A DNA stretch of 24,000 nucleotides from Pantoea ananatis LMG 2665 (lineage in GTDB: Bacteria > Pseudomonadota > Gammaproteobacteria > Enterobacterales > Enterobacteriaceae): the NCBI RefSeq assembly GCF_000710035.2, contig NZ_JMJJ01000005.1:1122145-1146144 (forward strand), given 5' to 3'. A program made the translations under genes and the position numbers. The notes under the pieces were generated by a model, which saw only the letters and a list, made by a program, of their open reading frames with translations, had not been told where the DNA came from and did not search any database. Below, one piece after another: positions 1-8,479 of the stretch (position 1 is the first letter of the stretch; each line of letters begins with the position of its first letter).

Positions 1-2
1 AA

Positions 3-701
3 TATAATGGTCAGGGCTATTTCAATGCCGGAACGCTGTTTGAGCCTGCCTATGAAGCCTTAAGCGCCGCCGCACCGGAGGCGATCTTTGCCGGTGGCAG
101 AGCCCTGGCGGCCTACAACAAACTCAGCGGTATCGCGCCCACCGTTTCTCTGGATATTGACCCGCATGATTTCATGCAAAGCCTGACGCAGCGCACGACG
201 CAACTGGGGGAAATCTTTGGCAAACAGGCGCAGGCAACAGCCGTTTTAACCGCATTTAACGCGCAGATTGCAGACCTTCGCCCCCTCGCCGCCCGGTCGG
301 GAAGTGCCATGATGTTAATGGTTAACGGCGGCAAACTCAGCGCCTATACGCCGCACTCCCGCTTTGGTTTTATTTTTGATGTGCTGCAGTTCAAGCCTGC
401 ACTCTCTCTGCCCAATGCCAGCAAACATGGCAATGCTATTTCGCCCGAGTTGATCATGCAGGCGAATCCCGACTGGCTGTTCGTTCTGGACCGTGACAGC
501 GCCATCGGCAGTAAAGAAGGCCTCTCGGCCCGTCAGGTTCTGGATAATCCGCTGGTGCGCCGCACCACCGCATGGAAAAAGCAGCAGATTATCTGGCTGG
601 ATTCCGCCTCGCTGTATATTGCCGGCGGGATCCAGAGCTACAGCCTCATGATGAGCCAGATCAAACAGCAACTGCTCGCTGCCAGAGAGCAGCCTGAATG
701 A
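3..701 (+). CDS. iron-siderophore ABC transporter substrate-binding protein (5' end outside window)
   Basis: The frame is open from nt 3 (YNGQGYFNAGTLFEPAYEAL...) into the listed 174..701 ORF, so the gene starts upstream of the window. The C-terminal lobe (ELIMQANPDWLFVLDRDSAIG, IIWLDSASLYIAGG) resembles YclQ/FatB/CeuE/VctP-type siderophore binding proteins. The stop overlaps the next start (ATGA, 698-701). Confidence 0.8.
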   Translation, partial: YNGQGYFNAGTLFEPAYEALSAAAPEAIFAGGRALAAYNKLSGIAPTVSLDIDPHDFMQSLTQRTTQLGEIFGKQAQATAVLTAFNAQIADLRPLAARSGSAMMLMVNGGKLSAYTPHSRFGFIFDVLQFKPALSLPNASKHGNAISPELIMQANPDWLFVLDRDSAIGSKEGLSARQVLDNPLVRRTTAWKKQQIIWLDSASLYIAGGIQSYSLMMSQIKQQLLAAREQPE

Positions 702-1657
702 AATACGGGGCTTATCTCATCGGCCTGGGGCTGCTGTCTGTGCTGGTTATGCTGAGCTTAGTCACGGGCGTGAGCCGTGTGTCATTAATCGACCTGTGGC
801 ATGATGCCGAGATGCGGGAAATTCTGTTTGTCAGCCGCTTTCCACGTACCGTCGCGCTGGTGCTTGCCGGTAGCGCGATGAGCGTGGCGGGCCAGATCAT
901 GCAGATGCTGACGCAGAACCGCTTTGTTGAGCCCTCTGTGGTGGGTACAACCCAGTCCGCAAGCCTGGGGCTTCTGCTGGTGATGGTCTGGTATCCGGCG
1001 GCGTCCGTTATCGTCAAAATGTGCATCGCTTCCCTGTTTGCGCTGGCCGGTACGGTGCTGTTTATGCTGCTCATTCAGCGCATCCGGCAGAAAAGCGCGT
1101 TTATTGTGCCGCTGGCTGGCATCATGCTGGGCGCAGTTTTCAGCTCGGTAACGACATTTTTGGGTATGCAGTTTGATATCCTGCAGTCGCTGGGCAGTTG
1201 GGAATCCGGTGACTTTTCCAGTGTAATGCAGGGCCGCTATGAGCTGATCTGGATTGTCGGACTGATTACCCTGCTGGCGGCCTTGATTGCCGATCGCTTC
1301 ACGGTGGCCGGTCTGGGCCAGGACTTCTCGGTTAACGTCGGGCTGAACTATCGCCAGATCCAGTTAACGGGGATGGCGATGATCGCCATTGTCAGCGGCG
1401 TGGTGATCGTTGTCGTCGGTGTCCTGCCTTTCCTGGGGTTGGTTGTGCCGAATATTGTCAGCATGATTTTCGGCGATAACCTGCGCCGCACCGTGCCCTG
1501 GGTCGCGATGACAGGTGCCATACTGGTTTTGAGCTGCGATATCCTGGGGCGGCTGATTATTTATCCCTTTGAAGTCCCGGTCAGTGCTTTACTCGGCGTA
1601 CTGGGCGCGGCGGTTTTTCTGGTGCTGATTATCAAAGGAAGGCGCTATGGCAACTGA
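698..1657 (+). CDS. iron-siderophore ABC transporter permease (FecCD family)
   Basis: 319-aa polytopic membrane protein with FecCD/BtuC-like organisation, including the conserved LPFLGLVVPNIV segment. It lies between the binding-protein gene and a second permease. ATGA overlap upstream and an 11-nt overlap downstream. Confidence 0.9.
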   Translation: MKYGAYLIGLGLLSVLVMLSLVTGVSRVSLIDLWHDAEMREILFVSRFPRTVALVLAGSAMSVAGQIMQMLTQNRFVEPSVVGTTQSASLGLLLVMVWYPAASVIVKMCIASLFALAGTVLFMLLIQRIRQKSAFIVPLAGIMLGAVFSSVTTFLGMQFDILQSLGSWESGDFSSVMQGRYELIWIVGLITLLAALIADRFTVAGLGQDFSVNVGLNYRQIQLTGMAMIAIVSGVVIVVVGVLPFLGLVVPNIVSMIFGDNLRRTVPWVAMTGAILVLSCDILGRLIIYPFEVPVSALLGVLGAAVFLVLIIKGRRYGN

Positions 1658-2639
1658 TCTGTCACCGCTGTCCCGCTCCCTGAAAAACGTCTCCTCGCCC
1701 GTCTGGCGAATCAGCCTGTTAGCCCTGCTTGCGGTCATTGTTTCCCTTGTCTTTATGACCTTGCATCTGCAGGGAAACATCAGCTACGTATTAAAACATC
1801 GGGGGCAGATTTTATTCACCATCGTGCTGGTCGCCTTTGCATCCGGCATCAGTACGTTGCTTTTTCAAACCATCACGCAAAATCGCATTTTGTCGCCCTC
1901 GGTCATGGGCCTTGAGTCGCTTTTTGTGTTTATCCAAACCCTGCTGGTGTTTTTTGTTCAGCTTTCGCAACTGAGCCAGGTGGGAAGTATAGTGCCGTTT
2001 CTTGGCGAAACGGCACTGTTGATGATCTTTGCCACGCTGCTCTATCGCTGGCTATTTAACCGCAGTGGGCTGGATCTTCACCGGGTACTGTTAACGGGCC
2101 TGGTGTTTGGCACCCTCTTTCGCAGCCTTTCGGGTCTGATGCAGCGTTTACTCTCCCCTGGCGAATTCGCCGTGCTGCAAAGCCGGATGTTTGCCACCTT
2201 TACCCATGCTGACCCGGCAGTGCTGGCCCTTTCGGCCGTGCTGATTGCTGCAATCACGATTATCGTCTGGCGCATACGGCACCGCCTGGACGTTATTGCG
2301 TTAGGGCGCAATAGCGCGACAGCGCTTGGTGTCCCTTTTCAGCGTTATGTCACCGGCCTGTTGCTGTTGGTTTCGCTCCTGGTGGCAATTTCAACTGCGC
2401 TGGTCGGGCCGATGACATTTCTGGGGCTATTGGTGGTCAACCTTGCCTGGCCCGTGGTGGGATCGTGGCGTCATCGCTACCTGCTACCGGGTACGGTGCT
2501 GATTGGCATCATCATGCTGACGGGCGGACAGTTAATCCTGGAGCAGGTGTTTAACATGGCGGGAACGCTGTCCGTCATTATTGAATTTTTAGGCGGTGGA
2601 CTGTTTATTTACCTGATTCTGAAAAAGGTGGCGACGTGA
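1647..2639 (+). CDS. iron-siderophore ABC transporter permease (FecCD family, second subunit)
   Basis: 330-aa polytopic membrane protein paralogous in layout to the preceding permease (GPMTFLGLLVVNL segment). Its stop overlaps the ATPase start (GTGA at 2636-2639). Confidence 0.9.
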   Translation: MATDLSPLSRSLKNVSSPVWRISLLALLAVIVSLVFMTLHLQGNISYVLKHRGQILFTIVLVAFASGISTLLFQTITQNRILSPSVMGLESLFVFIQTLLVFFVQLSQLSQVGSIVPFLGETALLMIFATLLYRWLFNRSGLDLHRVLLTGLVFGTLFRSLSGLMQRLLSPGEFAVLQSRMFATFTHADPAVLALSAVLIAAITIIVWRIRHRLDVIALGRNSATALGVPFQRYVTGLLLLVSLLVAISTALVGPMTFLGLLVVNLAWPVVGSWRHRYLLPGTVLIGIIMLTGGQLILEQVFNMAGTLSVIIEFLGGGLFIYLILKKVAT

Positions 2640-3394
2640 TTGAAGTTGTGAATGTGAATAAGGCATACGGCCCGTTATCTGTCCTTAAAAACATCAACGA
2701 AACCCTGCCCTCATCGGGCATTACCTCAATCATCGGGCCCAATGGGGCAGGCAAATCAACCTTGCTGTCGGTGATTAGCCGACTGTTGAAGCCCGACAGC
2801 GGTGAGGTCAGAATCGATTCGCTCATCGTCAATGAAGCGCACAGCGAGAAGCTGGCGCGAATTATGTCGGTACTGCGGCAGGAAAATCAGGTCACCAGCC
2901 GGCTCTCGGTGTACGATCTGGTGAGTTTCGGTCGCTATCCCTATTCCAAAGGGCGCATCACGGAAAACGATAAGCATCATATCCATCAGGCACTGTATTT
3001 TCTGGATTTGCTCCCGCTTGCTGAACGTTATCTTGATGAACTCTCGGGAGGCCAGCGACAGCGCGCTTTTGTCGCGATGGTGCTGTGTCAAAATACAAAA
3101 TACGTGCTGCTGGATGAGCCGCTGAATAATCTGGATATGAAACACAGCGTGACCATGATGAAGCAGCTACGGCGCGCCGCTGACGAGCTGGGAAAATCCA
3201 TCATCCTGGTTATCCATGATATTAACTTCGCCTCGACGTATTCAGACCATATTATCGCTATGAAGAACGGTGCGGTTTTTTTCTGCGGCTCGCCGGCTGA
3301 TATGATGAAACCCGATCTTATTGAGCGCCTTTTTGAAATACCTGTCGTGGTTGAAACCGTGGCGGGACAGCACATTGCGGTCTACTACCGTTAA
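2636..3394 (+). CDS. iron-siderophore ABC transporter ATP-binding protein
   Basis: Walker A GPNGAGKST, ABC signature LSGGQRQR, Walker B VLLDEP, H-loop VIHD. GTG start overlapping the upstream stop. Gene order (binding protein, permease, permease, ATPase) matches yclNOPQ/vctPDGC-type operons. Confidence 0.93.
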   Translation: MIEVVNVNKAYGPLSVLKNINETLPSSGITSIIGPNGAGKSTLLSVISRLLKPDSGEVRIDSLIVNEAHSEKLARIMSVLRQENQVTSRLSVYDLVSFGRYPYSKGRITENDKHHIHQALYFLDLLPLAERYLDELSGGQRQRAFVAMVLCQNTKYVLLDEPLNNLDMKHSVTMMKQLRRAADELGKSIILVIHDINFASTYSDHIIAMKNGAVFFCGSPADMMKPDLIERLFEIPVVVETVAGQHIAVYYR

Positions 3395-3409
3395 CCTTGC
3401 GCCCCGGGC

Positions 3410-3441
3410 AAAACGCCGATGGTTATGCCATCGGCGCTTTC
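3410..3441. terminator. bidirectional rho-independent terminator between convergent ABC ATPase and IclR genes
   Basis: Perfect 9-bp stem CGCCGATGG / CCATCGGCG (3414-3422 / 3428-3436) with a 5-nt loop, flanked by AAAA on the left and CTTTC on the right. Confidence 0.7.
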
Positions 3442-3514
3442 AGTCAACCTGCGGGCCAACGCGCGCATATAGAGCCTGTGGCTGTATTTATGCACGCGTT
3501 CAGCAACAGGTTTT

Positions 3515-4231
3515 TTACGCGTTGTGTGCGTAAACAACATCACAGAACGCTTTTCTCGCGCCGAGTTGAGCGGAAAGTCTGGCTGCGGACTCTCGCATCA
3601 GTTCCCCCAATCCCGCCTCTTTGCGATCCAGCGTTAACCGTGACGATGGGCCGGTTAACGCCAGGGCTGCGGCTAACTTATCCCCTTCGCCAAACACCGG
3701 GATGGCAAAGGCGGCAGTATGGGGATCGCGCGCACCCGAGGTATAGAGCGGTAAATCCGCTGCGTCATCAAACAAGGTTTCGCCCATCCCCCAGTGACGC
3801 AGCACCTGACCAATGGCGGAGTTGTCCAGCGGATACAGCGAGCCCGGCAGTCGCGTATGCCGTAAGCCATCTGAGGATTCGGCACGAAAGACACAAAGAC
3901 GCTGGCCGCTATCAATCACATACCAGCTGGCACTTTCCTTTGTGGCTGAGGCCAGCGTTTGCAGTTCGGGCTGAACCACGCTGGCCAGATGAAACGACTG
4001 TTCATAGAGCTTGCCCAGATAAAGCAGCCTTGGCCCCAGGGTGTAAATGCCGTTATCCCTTCTGACCACGTAACTCATGCGTTCCAGCGAATTCATCAGT
4101 CGATAAACGGTGGTTTTGTGGTAGCCCGAAAGCTGCGACAGCGTCGTCAGGGACAGGCTTTCTTCGCCTGGCTTAAAACAATCCAGCAAGGCCAGCGCCT
4201 TCTCTACCGCATTAACGCCTTCGTTTCCCAT
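3515..4231 (-). CDS. IclR-family transcriptional regulator
   Basis: N-terminal winged HTH (LSLTTLSQLSGYHKTTVYRLMNSLERMSYV) plus an IclR-type effector domain. The ORF track starts at 4258. I prefer the in-frame ATG at 4231 (MGNEGVNAVEKALALLD) because GGAG lies 7 nt upstream. Divergent from the 4407 operon. Confidence 0.9.
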   Translation of the reverse strand: MGNEGVNAVEKALALLDCFKPGEESLSLTTLSQLSGYHKTTVYRLMNSLERMSYVVRRDNGIYTLGPRLLYLGKLYEQSFHLASVVQPELQTLASATKESASWYVIDSGQRLCVFRAESSDGLRHTRLPGSLYPLDNSAIGQVLRHWGMGETLFDDAADLPLYTSGARDPHTAAFAIPVFGEGDKLAAALALTGPSSRLTLDRKEAGLGELMRESAARLSAQLGARKAFCDVVYAHNA

Positions 4232-4286
4232 TTCGCTTCTCCTGATTTTTGCTGGCACCGAGTGTACCCGAAACTGTGAGTCACAT

Positions 4287-4307
4287 CTTGTTTACATCAC
4301 AAACAAG
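4287..4307. promoter_or_regulatory. inverted repeat CTTGTTT-N7-AAACAAG in the iclR / operon divergent intergenic region
   Basis: 7-bp arms (4287-4293 / 4301-4307) read directly. Contains GTTTAC, a near copy of the GTTTTAC half-site of the main operator. Possible autoregulatory site. Confidence 0.35.
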
Positions 4308-4357
4308 CTCGCAACACTGGCGCCGTGGTCAGTGTCACCGATATAGTTATTTCATTA

Positions 4358-4385
4358 TGTACAACACAGTTTTACCCTGTAAAAC
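4358..4385 (+). promoter_or_regulatory. promoter-operator block TGTACAACACA-GTTTTACCCTGTAAAAC upstream of the aldolase operon
   Basis: Perfect 17-bp palindrome GTTTTAC-CCT-GTAAAAC (4369-4385) ending 21 nt before the ATG at 4407. TGTACA (-35-like) and TAAAAC (-10-like) are 16 nt apart, so the palindrome covers the spacer and the -10. A near-identical block occurs at 9869-9896. Confidence 0.6.
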
Positions 4386-4406
4386 ACGCAACCTGTGAGG
4401 TGACCC

Positions 4407-5099
4407 ATGTCCGCGAACGAAAAACCGATGATCAACCGAGACGTTACGCGAGTCAGCAGTGATTATGTCAGACGTGCCGCTGAATTTCAGGCCGCGATTA
4501 TTGCGGATGTCGCGGGCAGACGCGGCACGCTGCATGGCCGTATCAAACCACTGGGCACACATATGAAAGTGGCCGGGCCGGCGGTGACAGTGGAAGTGCG
4601 CCCGGGTGATAACCTGGCGATCCATGCTGCGCTGGCGGTGGCCAAACCCGGCGATGTCATCGTCGTGGATGGCAAGGGCGATATCAGCTGCGCGCTGTTA
4701 GGCGAGATCATGGCAACCCAGGCCGAAGCATCCGGCATTGCCGGGATTATCATCGATGGTGCGGTCAGGGATGCGGACGCACTGAGCACGCATACCTATC
4801 CCGTTTTCTCGGCCGGGCTCAATCCCTGTGGCCCGACGAAGTTCATTCCCGGTCGCGTGAATTACCCGGTTTCTGTTGCCGGCGCCACGATTAACGCGGG
4901 CGATCTGGTGGTGGGTGATATCGATGGCGTGGTGGTGGTGCCACGCGATGAAGTAGAAGTGGTATTGGAGCTCGCGGCGAAAAAACTGGATATGGAAACC
5001 CGCCGTATTGCGGCGATCAAAGCCGGTGACAAAAGGCCGGGCTGGTTGAACGGTGCCCTGCGTGCAGCGGGCATGTTAGCGGAAGGGGAGGAACTGTGA
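4407..5099 (+). CDS. RraA-fold protein, HMG/CHA-type class II aldolase / oxaloacetate decarboxylase family
   Basis: 230 aa. RraA-like core PGDNLAIHAALAVAKPGDVIVVDGKGD...GEIMATQAEASGIAGIIIDGAVRD. The length fits the ~225-240-aa aldolase subgroup rather than the 161-aa RNase E regulator RraA. GAGG lies 6 nt upstream of the ATG. Confidence 0.85.
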   Translation: MSANEKPMINRDVTRVSSDYVRRAAEFQAAIIADVAGRRGTLHGRIKPLGTHMKVAGPAVTVEVRPGDNLAIHAALAVAKPGDVIVVDGKGDISCALLGEIMATQAEASGIAGIIIDGAVRDADALSTHTYPVFSAGLNPCGPTKFIPGRVNYPVSVAGATINAGDLVVGDIDGVVVVPRDEVEVVLELAAKKLDMETRRIAAIKAGDKRPGWLNGALRAAGMLAEGEEL

Positions 5100-6037
5100 T
5101 GCGTAAAAAGGACACAGTCATCATTACCGGCGCAGACATCGCTCCCGCCGCGCTCGCGATGCTGGAGGATTATGAGGTGGTCTTTGCGGGCACTAAGCCG
5201 TCAGAAGACGATCTTGTTGCGCTTTGTGAGCAGCACAATCCGGTCGGGATTGTGGTGCGCTATGGAAAAATTAACGCCCGCATCATGGATGCAGCGCCTG
5301 CCCTGCGCGTGATCTCCAAGCATGGCAGCGGCATTGACGTTATCGATCAAACGGCGGCGGCCGAACGAAACATCAGCGTCCAGTCTGCGCCCGGTGCCAA
5401 TGCGGCAGCGGTGGCAGAACATACCTGGGCCATGATTCTGGCCTGCACCAAATCCCTGATCCCGCTGGATCGCCGGATGCGTGACGGCTACTGGGATAAA
5501 TCCACCCACAAGTCGCTTGAACTTGAAGGCCGGACGCTTGGGCTGGTTGGGCTGGGGGCGATAGGCGGCCGGGTGGCGGACATTGGTCGGGTGTTTGGCA
5601 TGCAGGTGATAGCTTACGATCCCTGGGCGAAAACGCTGCCCGCAGGCTGTGAGCAGGTGGACGATTTAGCCACGCTGTATGCGCGCGCAGATATTGTGTC
5701 ACTGCACTGTCCGCTGACCGCGCAAAACAGCAAGATGATCAATGACCAGGCCCTGGCACAGTTCAAACCCGGCGCCGTGCTGGTGAATACCGCGCGCGGT
5801 GGACTGATTGATGATGATGCCCTGATTCGTGCCCTTAACAGCGGCAGACTCAGCGGCGCGGCGCTGGACAGCTTTACCGTTGAGCCGCTGACTGCGCCGC
5901 ACATCTGGCAGAAGGTGGAAAACGTCATCATTACGCCGCATATCGGCGGTGTGAGTGATAATTCTTACGTGAAAATGGGCACGGCCTCCGTAACCAATCT
6001 GCTTAAAGTATTAGCGCAAAAGGAAGCCACCGTATGA
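5099..6037 (+). CDS. D-isomer-specific 2-hydroxyacid dehydrogenase (NAD-binding)
   Basis: Rossmann motif GLVGLGAIGGRVA, catalytic-region motifs NTARGGLID and ITPHIGG. ATG at 5099 shares one nt with the upstream TGA (5097-5099); the track's GTG at 5096 is the alternative start. Confidence 0.9.
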   Translation: MRKKDTVIITGADIAPAALAMLEDYEVVFAGTKPSEDDLVALCEQHNPVGIVVRYGKINARIMDAAPALRVISKHGSGIDVIDQTAAAERNISVQSAPGANAAAVAEHTWAMILACTKSLIPLDRRMRDGYWDKSTHKSLELEGRTLGLVGLGAIGGRVADIGRVFGMQVIAYDPWAKTLPAGCEQVDDLATLYARADIVSLHCPLTAQNSKMINDQALAQFKPGAVLVNTARGGLIDDDALIRALNSGRLSGAALDSFTVEPLTAPHIWQKVENVIITPHIGGVSDNSYVKMGTASVTNLLKVLAQKEATV

Positions 6038-6966
6038 TGTGCCTGACCACACCGGAGGTCAGGCAGACATCGGTTTTTACCCGGTTGCCCGACCGCTTCC
6101 GCGCACCTGACCGTCACAATGCCTGGGCCACCGCGAATCGCGGCGGCCAGCTTACCGACTCTTTTCTTGAAGGGCCGGTCTGGCATCCCTCGGGCTGTCT
6201 TTACCTGACCGACATTCCCTATGGCCGGATATTCCGCGTTGATATGGCAGGCAACTGGGACATCATCGTGCAATACGATGGCGAACCCAACGGCATGAAA
6301 CTTGTCGGTCCGGAGACGCTTCTGATTACGGATTATCGTCACGGGTTAATGAAGCTCTGTCTCAAAACGCAAAAAATCACACCGTGGCTGTCGCGCCGTA
6401 ACAGCGAGAGTTTTCGCGGCGTGAACGATTTAACGCCCGACAGCCGGGGGAACCTCTATTTCACCGATCAGGGGCAAACCGGGCTGCACGATCCCACAGG
6501 ACGGGTTTATCGGCTCAGCGAGGACGGAAGGCTGGATATCCTGCTGGATAACTGCCCAAGCCCAAACGGGCTGGTGCTGTCGCCAGACGAAAAAGTGCTG
6601 TATGTCGCAATGACGCGCGGCAATGCGATCTGGCGCGTGCCGCTTCAGCGCGATGGTTCAGTCAGCAAGGTCGGTCAGTATTTTACCTCGCACGGTCCCA
6701 GCGGTCCCGATGGATTAGCCATGAACGCGCACGGCGAGCTGCTGATTGCCAACCCTGGCCTGGGCCGCGTCTGGCTGCTGAACGATCTGGCTGAGCCCGC
6801 AGAAATTCTCACCAGTCCCGCCGGACGCTCCACCACCAATCTCTGTTTTGGTGGCGAAAATTTACAGCAGCTGTTTATTACCGAATCGGTCAGCGGCAGC
6901 ATTCTTACCTGTTCAATGAAAACACCAGGCCATCCACTGCCCTTCCTGTCCACCGATTTTCTCTGA
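6034..6966 (+). CDS. SMP-30/gluconolactonase/LRE-family lactonase (six-bladed beta-propeller)
   Basis: 310 aa with characteristic blades: LEGPVWHP, GEPNGMKL, NDLTPDSRGNLYFTD, SPNGLVLSPDEKVLYV, GPDGLAMNAHGELLIAN, TNLCFGG. ATGA start/stop overlap with the dehydrogenase (6034-6037). Confidence 0.9.
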   Translation: MMCLTTPEVRQTSVFTRLPDRFRAPDRHNAWATANRGGQLTDSFLEGPVWHPSGCLYLTDIPYGRIFRVDMAGNWDIIVQYDGEPNGMKLVGPETLLITDYRHGLMKLCLKTQKITPWLSRRNSESFRGVNDLTPDSRGNLYFTDQGQTGLHDPTGRVYRLSEDGRLDILLDNCPSPNGLVLSPDEKVLYVAMTRGNAIWRVPLQRDGSVSKVGQYFTSHGPSGPDGLAMNAHGELLIANPGLGRVWLLNDLAEPAEILTSPAGRSTTNLCFGGENLQQLFITESVSGSILTCSMKTPGHPLPFLSTDFL

Positions 6967-7004
6967 GAACAACACTGCGTTTTCTGAACGCAGCGGAGGC
7001 AACC

Positions 7005-8357
7005 ATGAATCTGCATTCTGTAAGCACTGGCTCACCTGTTGAGCCAGCAGCCGTGTCTGCATCCCATGAAGACATGAATCAAACTGATTTTGAACAAAGC
7101 GAACGGGCGGCGGCTAAAGCGTTCCGCCGTATCCTGCCTTTTATTTTCATCTGCTACGTGGTCAGTTATCTGGATCGCACCAATGTCAGCTTCGCCGCAC
7201 TGGGCATGAACGCCGATCTGGGCATTACGGCTGAGCAGTTCGGGTTTGGTGCCGGGATGTTTTTCATCGGCTATTTTCTGTTTGAGGTGCCCAGTAACCT
7301 GATTATGCAAAAAGTGGGGGCTCGTATCTGGATCGCCCGCATCATGATCTCATGGGGCATCATCTCCATGGCGACCGCCTTCGTTACCGGGCCGGTCAGC
7401 TTTGCCTTTGCCCGTTTTTGCCTGGGCGTGGCTGAAGCAGGCTTTACACCGGGTATTTATCTGTTCTTCACCTACTGGTTTCCCGGAAGCTGGCGCGCAA
7501 AAATCACGGCGGCATTTTTAGTCGGCATCCCCGTGGCCAATATCATCGGCGCGCCCTTATCCGGCATGTTGATGCAAATCACCGGGCATGAGCACATTCG
7601 TAACTGGCAATGGTTGCTGCTGCTGGAAGGGTTTCCGGCCGTTATCCTCGGCGTCCTGTGCCTGTTCTTCCTCAACGATCGCCCGGCAAAGGCCAACTGG
7701 CTGAGCGAGGCGGAAAAAACGTTGCTGAGCCGACGACTGGCAAACGAGCAGCAGCAAATTGAAAGGGCGCACGGTGCCAGCCTGCGTGACGCGCTGCGCA
7801 ATCCCCTGCTTTACCTGCTGGCTTTCATTAATTTTTGCGGCATTGTCGGTTCTATCGGCGTGGGCCTGTGGATGCCGCAGATCATCAAGCAGATTGGCGT
7901 GAGCCATACCGCCACGGGTTTTCTGACCGCGCTACCTTATATTTGTGGTGCCTTCAGCATGCTGTTCTGGGCGCAGCGGGCCAATGCCTCCGGCCACCGC
8001 ATTCGCTGGATCAGCGCTGCGCTGGTTATCGCCGCCATCGCGCTGGCCTGCAGCGCCGTCGTGAATGAGCCGGTGGTGAAGATGCTTGCGCTCTGTTTTA
8101 CCGTCAGCGGCATTCTGGCTTTTCAGGCGTCATTCTGGGCACTGCCTTCGGGTTTTCTCACAGGAAGCGCGGCCGCAGGCGGATTAGCCATGATTGTTTC
8201 TGTCGGCAATCTGGGGGGATTTGTCGGGCCTTCGCTTATTGGCTATGTGCGTCAGACAAGCGGGGGTTTTATGTGGGCGCTGCTGGCAGTTTCCGCCGTG
8301 TTGCTGATTGGCGCGTTTACCGTAGCGTTAATCAAAGATCCTTACCGCAAAGCATAG
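7005..8357 (+). CDS. MFS transporter, anion:cation symporter (ACS) family, TtuB/tartrate-transporter-like
   Basis: 450 aa, 12-TM-type profile. ACS-type N-terminus (RRILPFIFICYVVSYLDRTNVSFAAL, GYFLFEVPSNLIMQKVGARIW, AEAGFTPG). GGAGG lies 6 nt upstream. Last gene of the 4407 operon. Confidence 0.9.
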   Translation: MNLHSVSTGSPVEPAAVSASHEDMNQTDFEQSERAAAKAFRRILPFIFICYVVSYLDRTNVSFAALGMNADLGITAEQFGFGAGMFFIGYFLFEVPSNLIMQKVGARIWIARIMISWGIISMATAFVTGPVSFAFARFCLGVAEAGFTPGIYLFFTYWFPGSWRAKITAAFLVGIPVANIIGAPLSGMLMQITGHEHIRNWQWLLLLEGFPAVILGVLCLFFLNDRPAKANWLSEAEKTLLSRRLANEQQQIERAHGASLRDALRNPLLYLLAFINFCGIVGSIGVGLWMPQIIKQIGVSHTATGFLTALPYICGAFSMLFWAQRANASGHRIRWISAALVIAAIALACSAVVNEPVVKMLALCFTVSGILAFQASFWALPSGFLTGSAAAGGLAMIVSVGNLGGFVGPSLIGYVRQTSGGFMWALLAVSAVLLIGAFTVALIKDPYRKA

Positions 8358-8372
8358 TCATCCCCTCCCCTG

Positions 8373-8397
8373 AGGCGCTCCGGCGCCTTTACCTTTT
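8373..8397 (+). terminator. rho-independent terminator of the aldolase-MFS operon
   Basis: AGGCGC-TCCG-GCGCCT hairpin (8373-8388) followed by TTTACCTTTT, 15 nt after the stop codon. Confidence 0.6.
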
Positions 8398-8432
8398 CCT
8401 GTTAAGCCTTATTCCGCCATTTCATCGGCTAC

Positions 8433-8456
8433 AAAAAAAGCGCCCGCAGGCGCTTT
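8433..8456 (-). terminator. rho-independent terminator of the second MFS gene (potentially bidirectional)
   Basis: On the minus strand: AAAGCGCC-TGCG-GGCGCTTTTTTTGT. GC-rich stem and 7-T run, 24 nt after the stop of 8480..9820. Confidence 0.8.
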
Positions 8457-8479
8457 ACTGGTTTTTCAGGTTGAACCCA

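Noticed and set aside
3397-4065. 222-aa plus-strand ORF
   Set aside because: It lies entirely antisense to the well-supported IclR gene. It has Arg/Pro-rich composition typical of a shadow frame in GC-rich coding DNA, with no motif or RBS.
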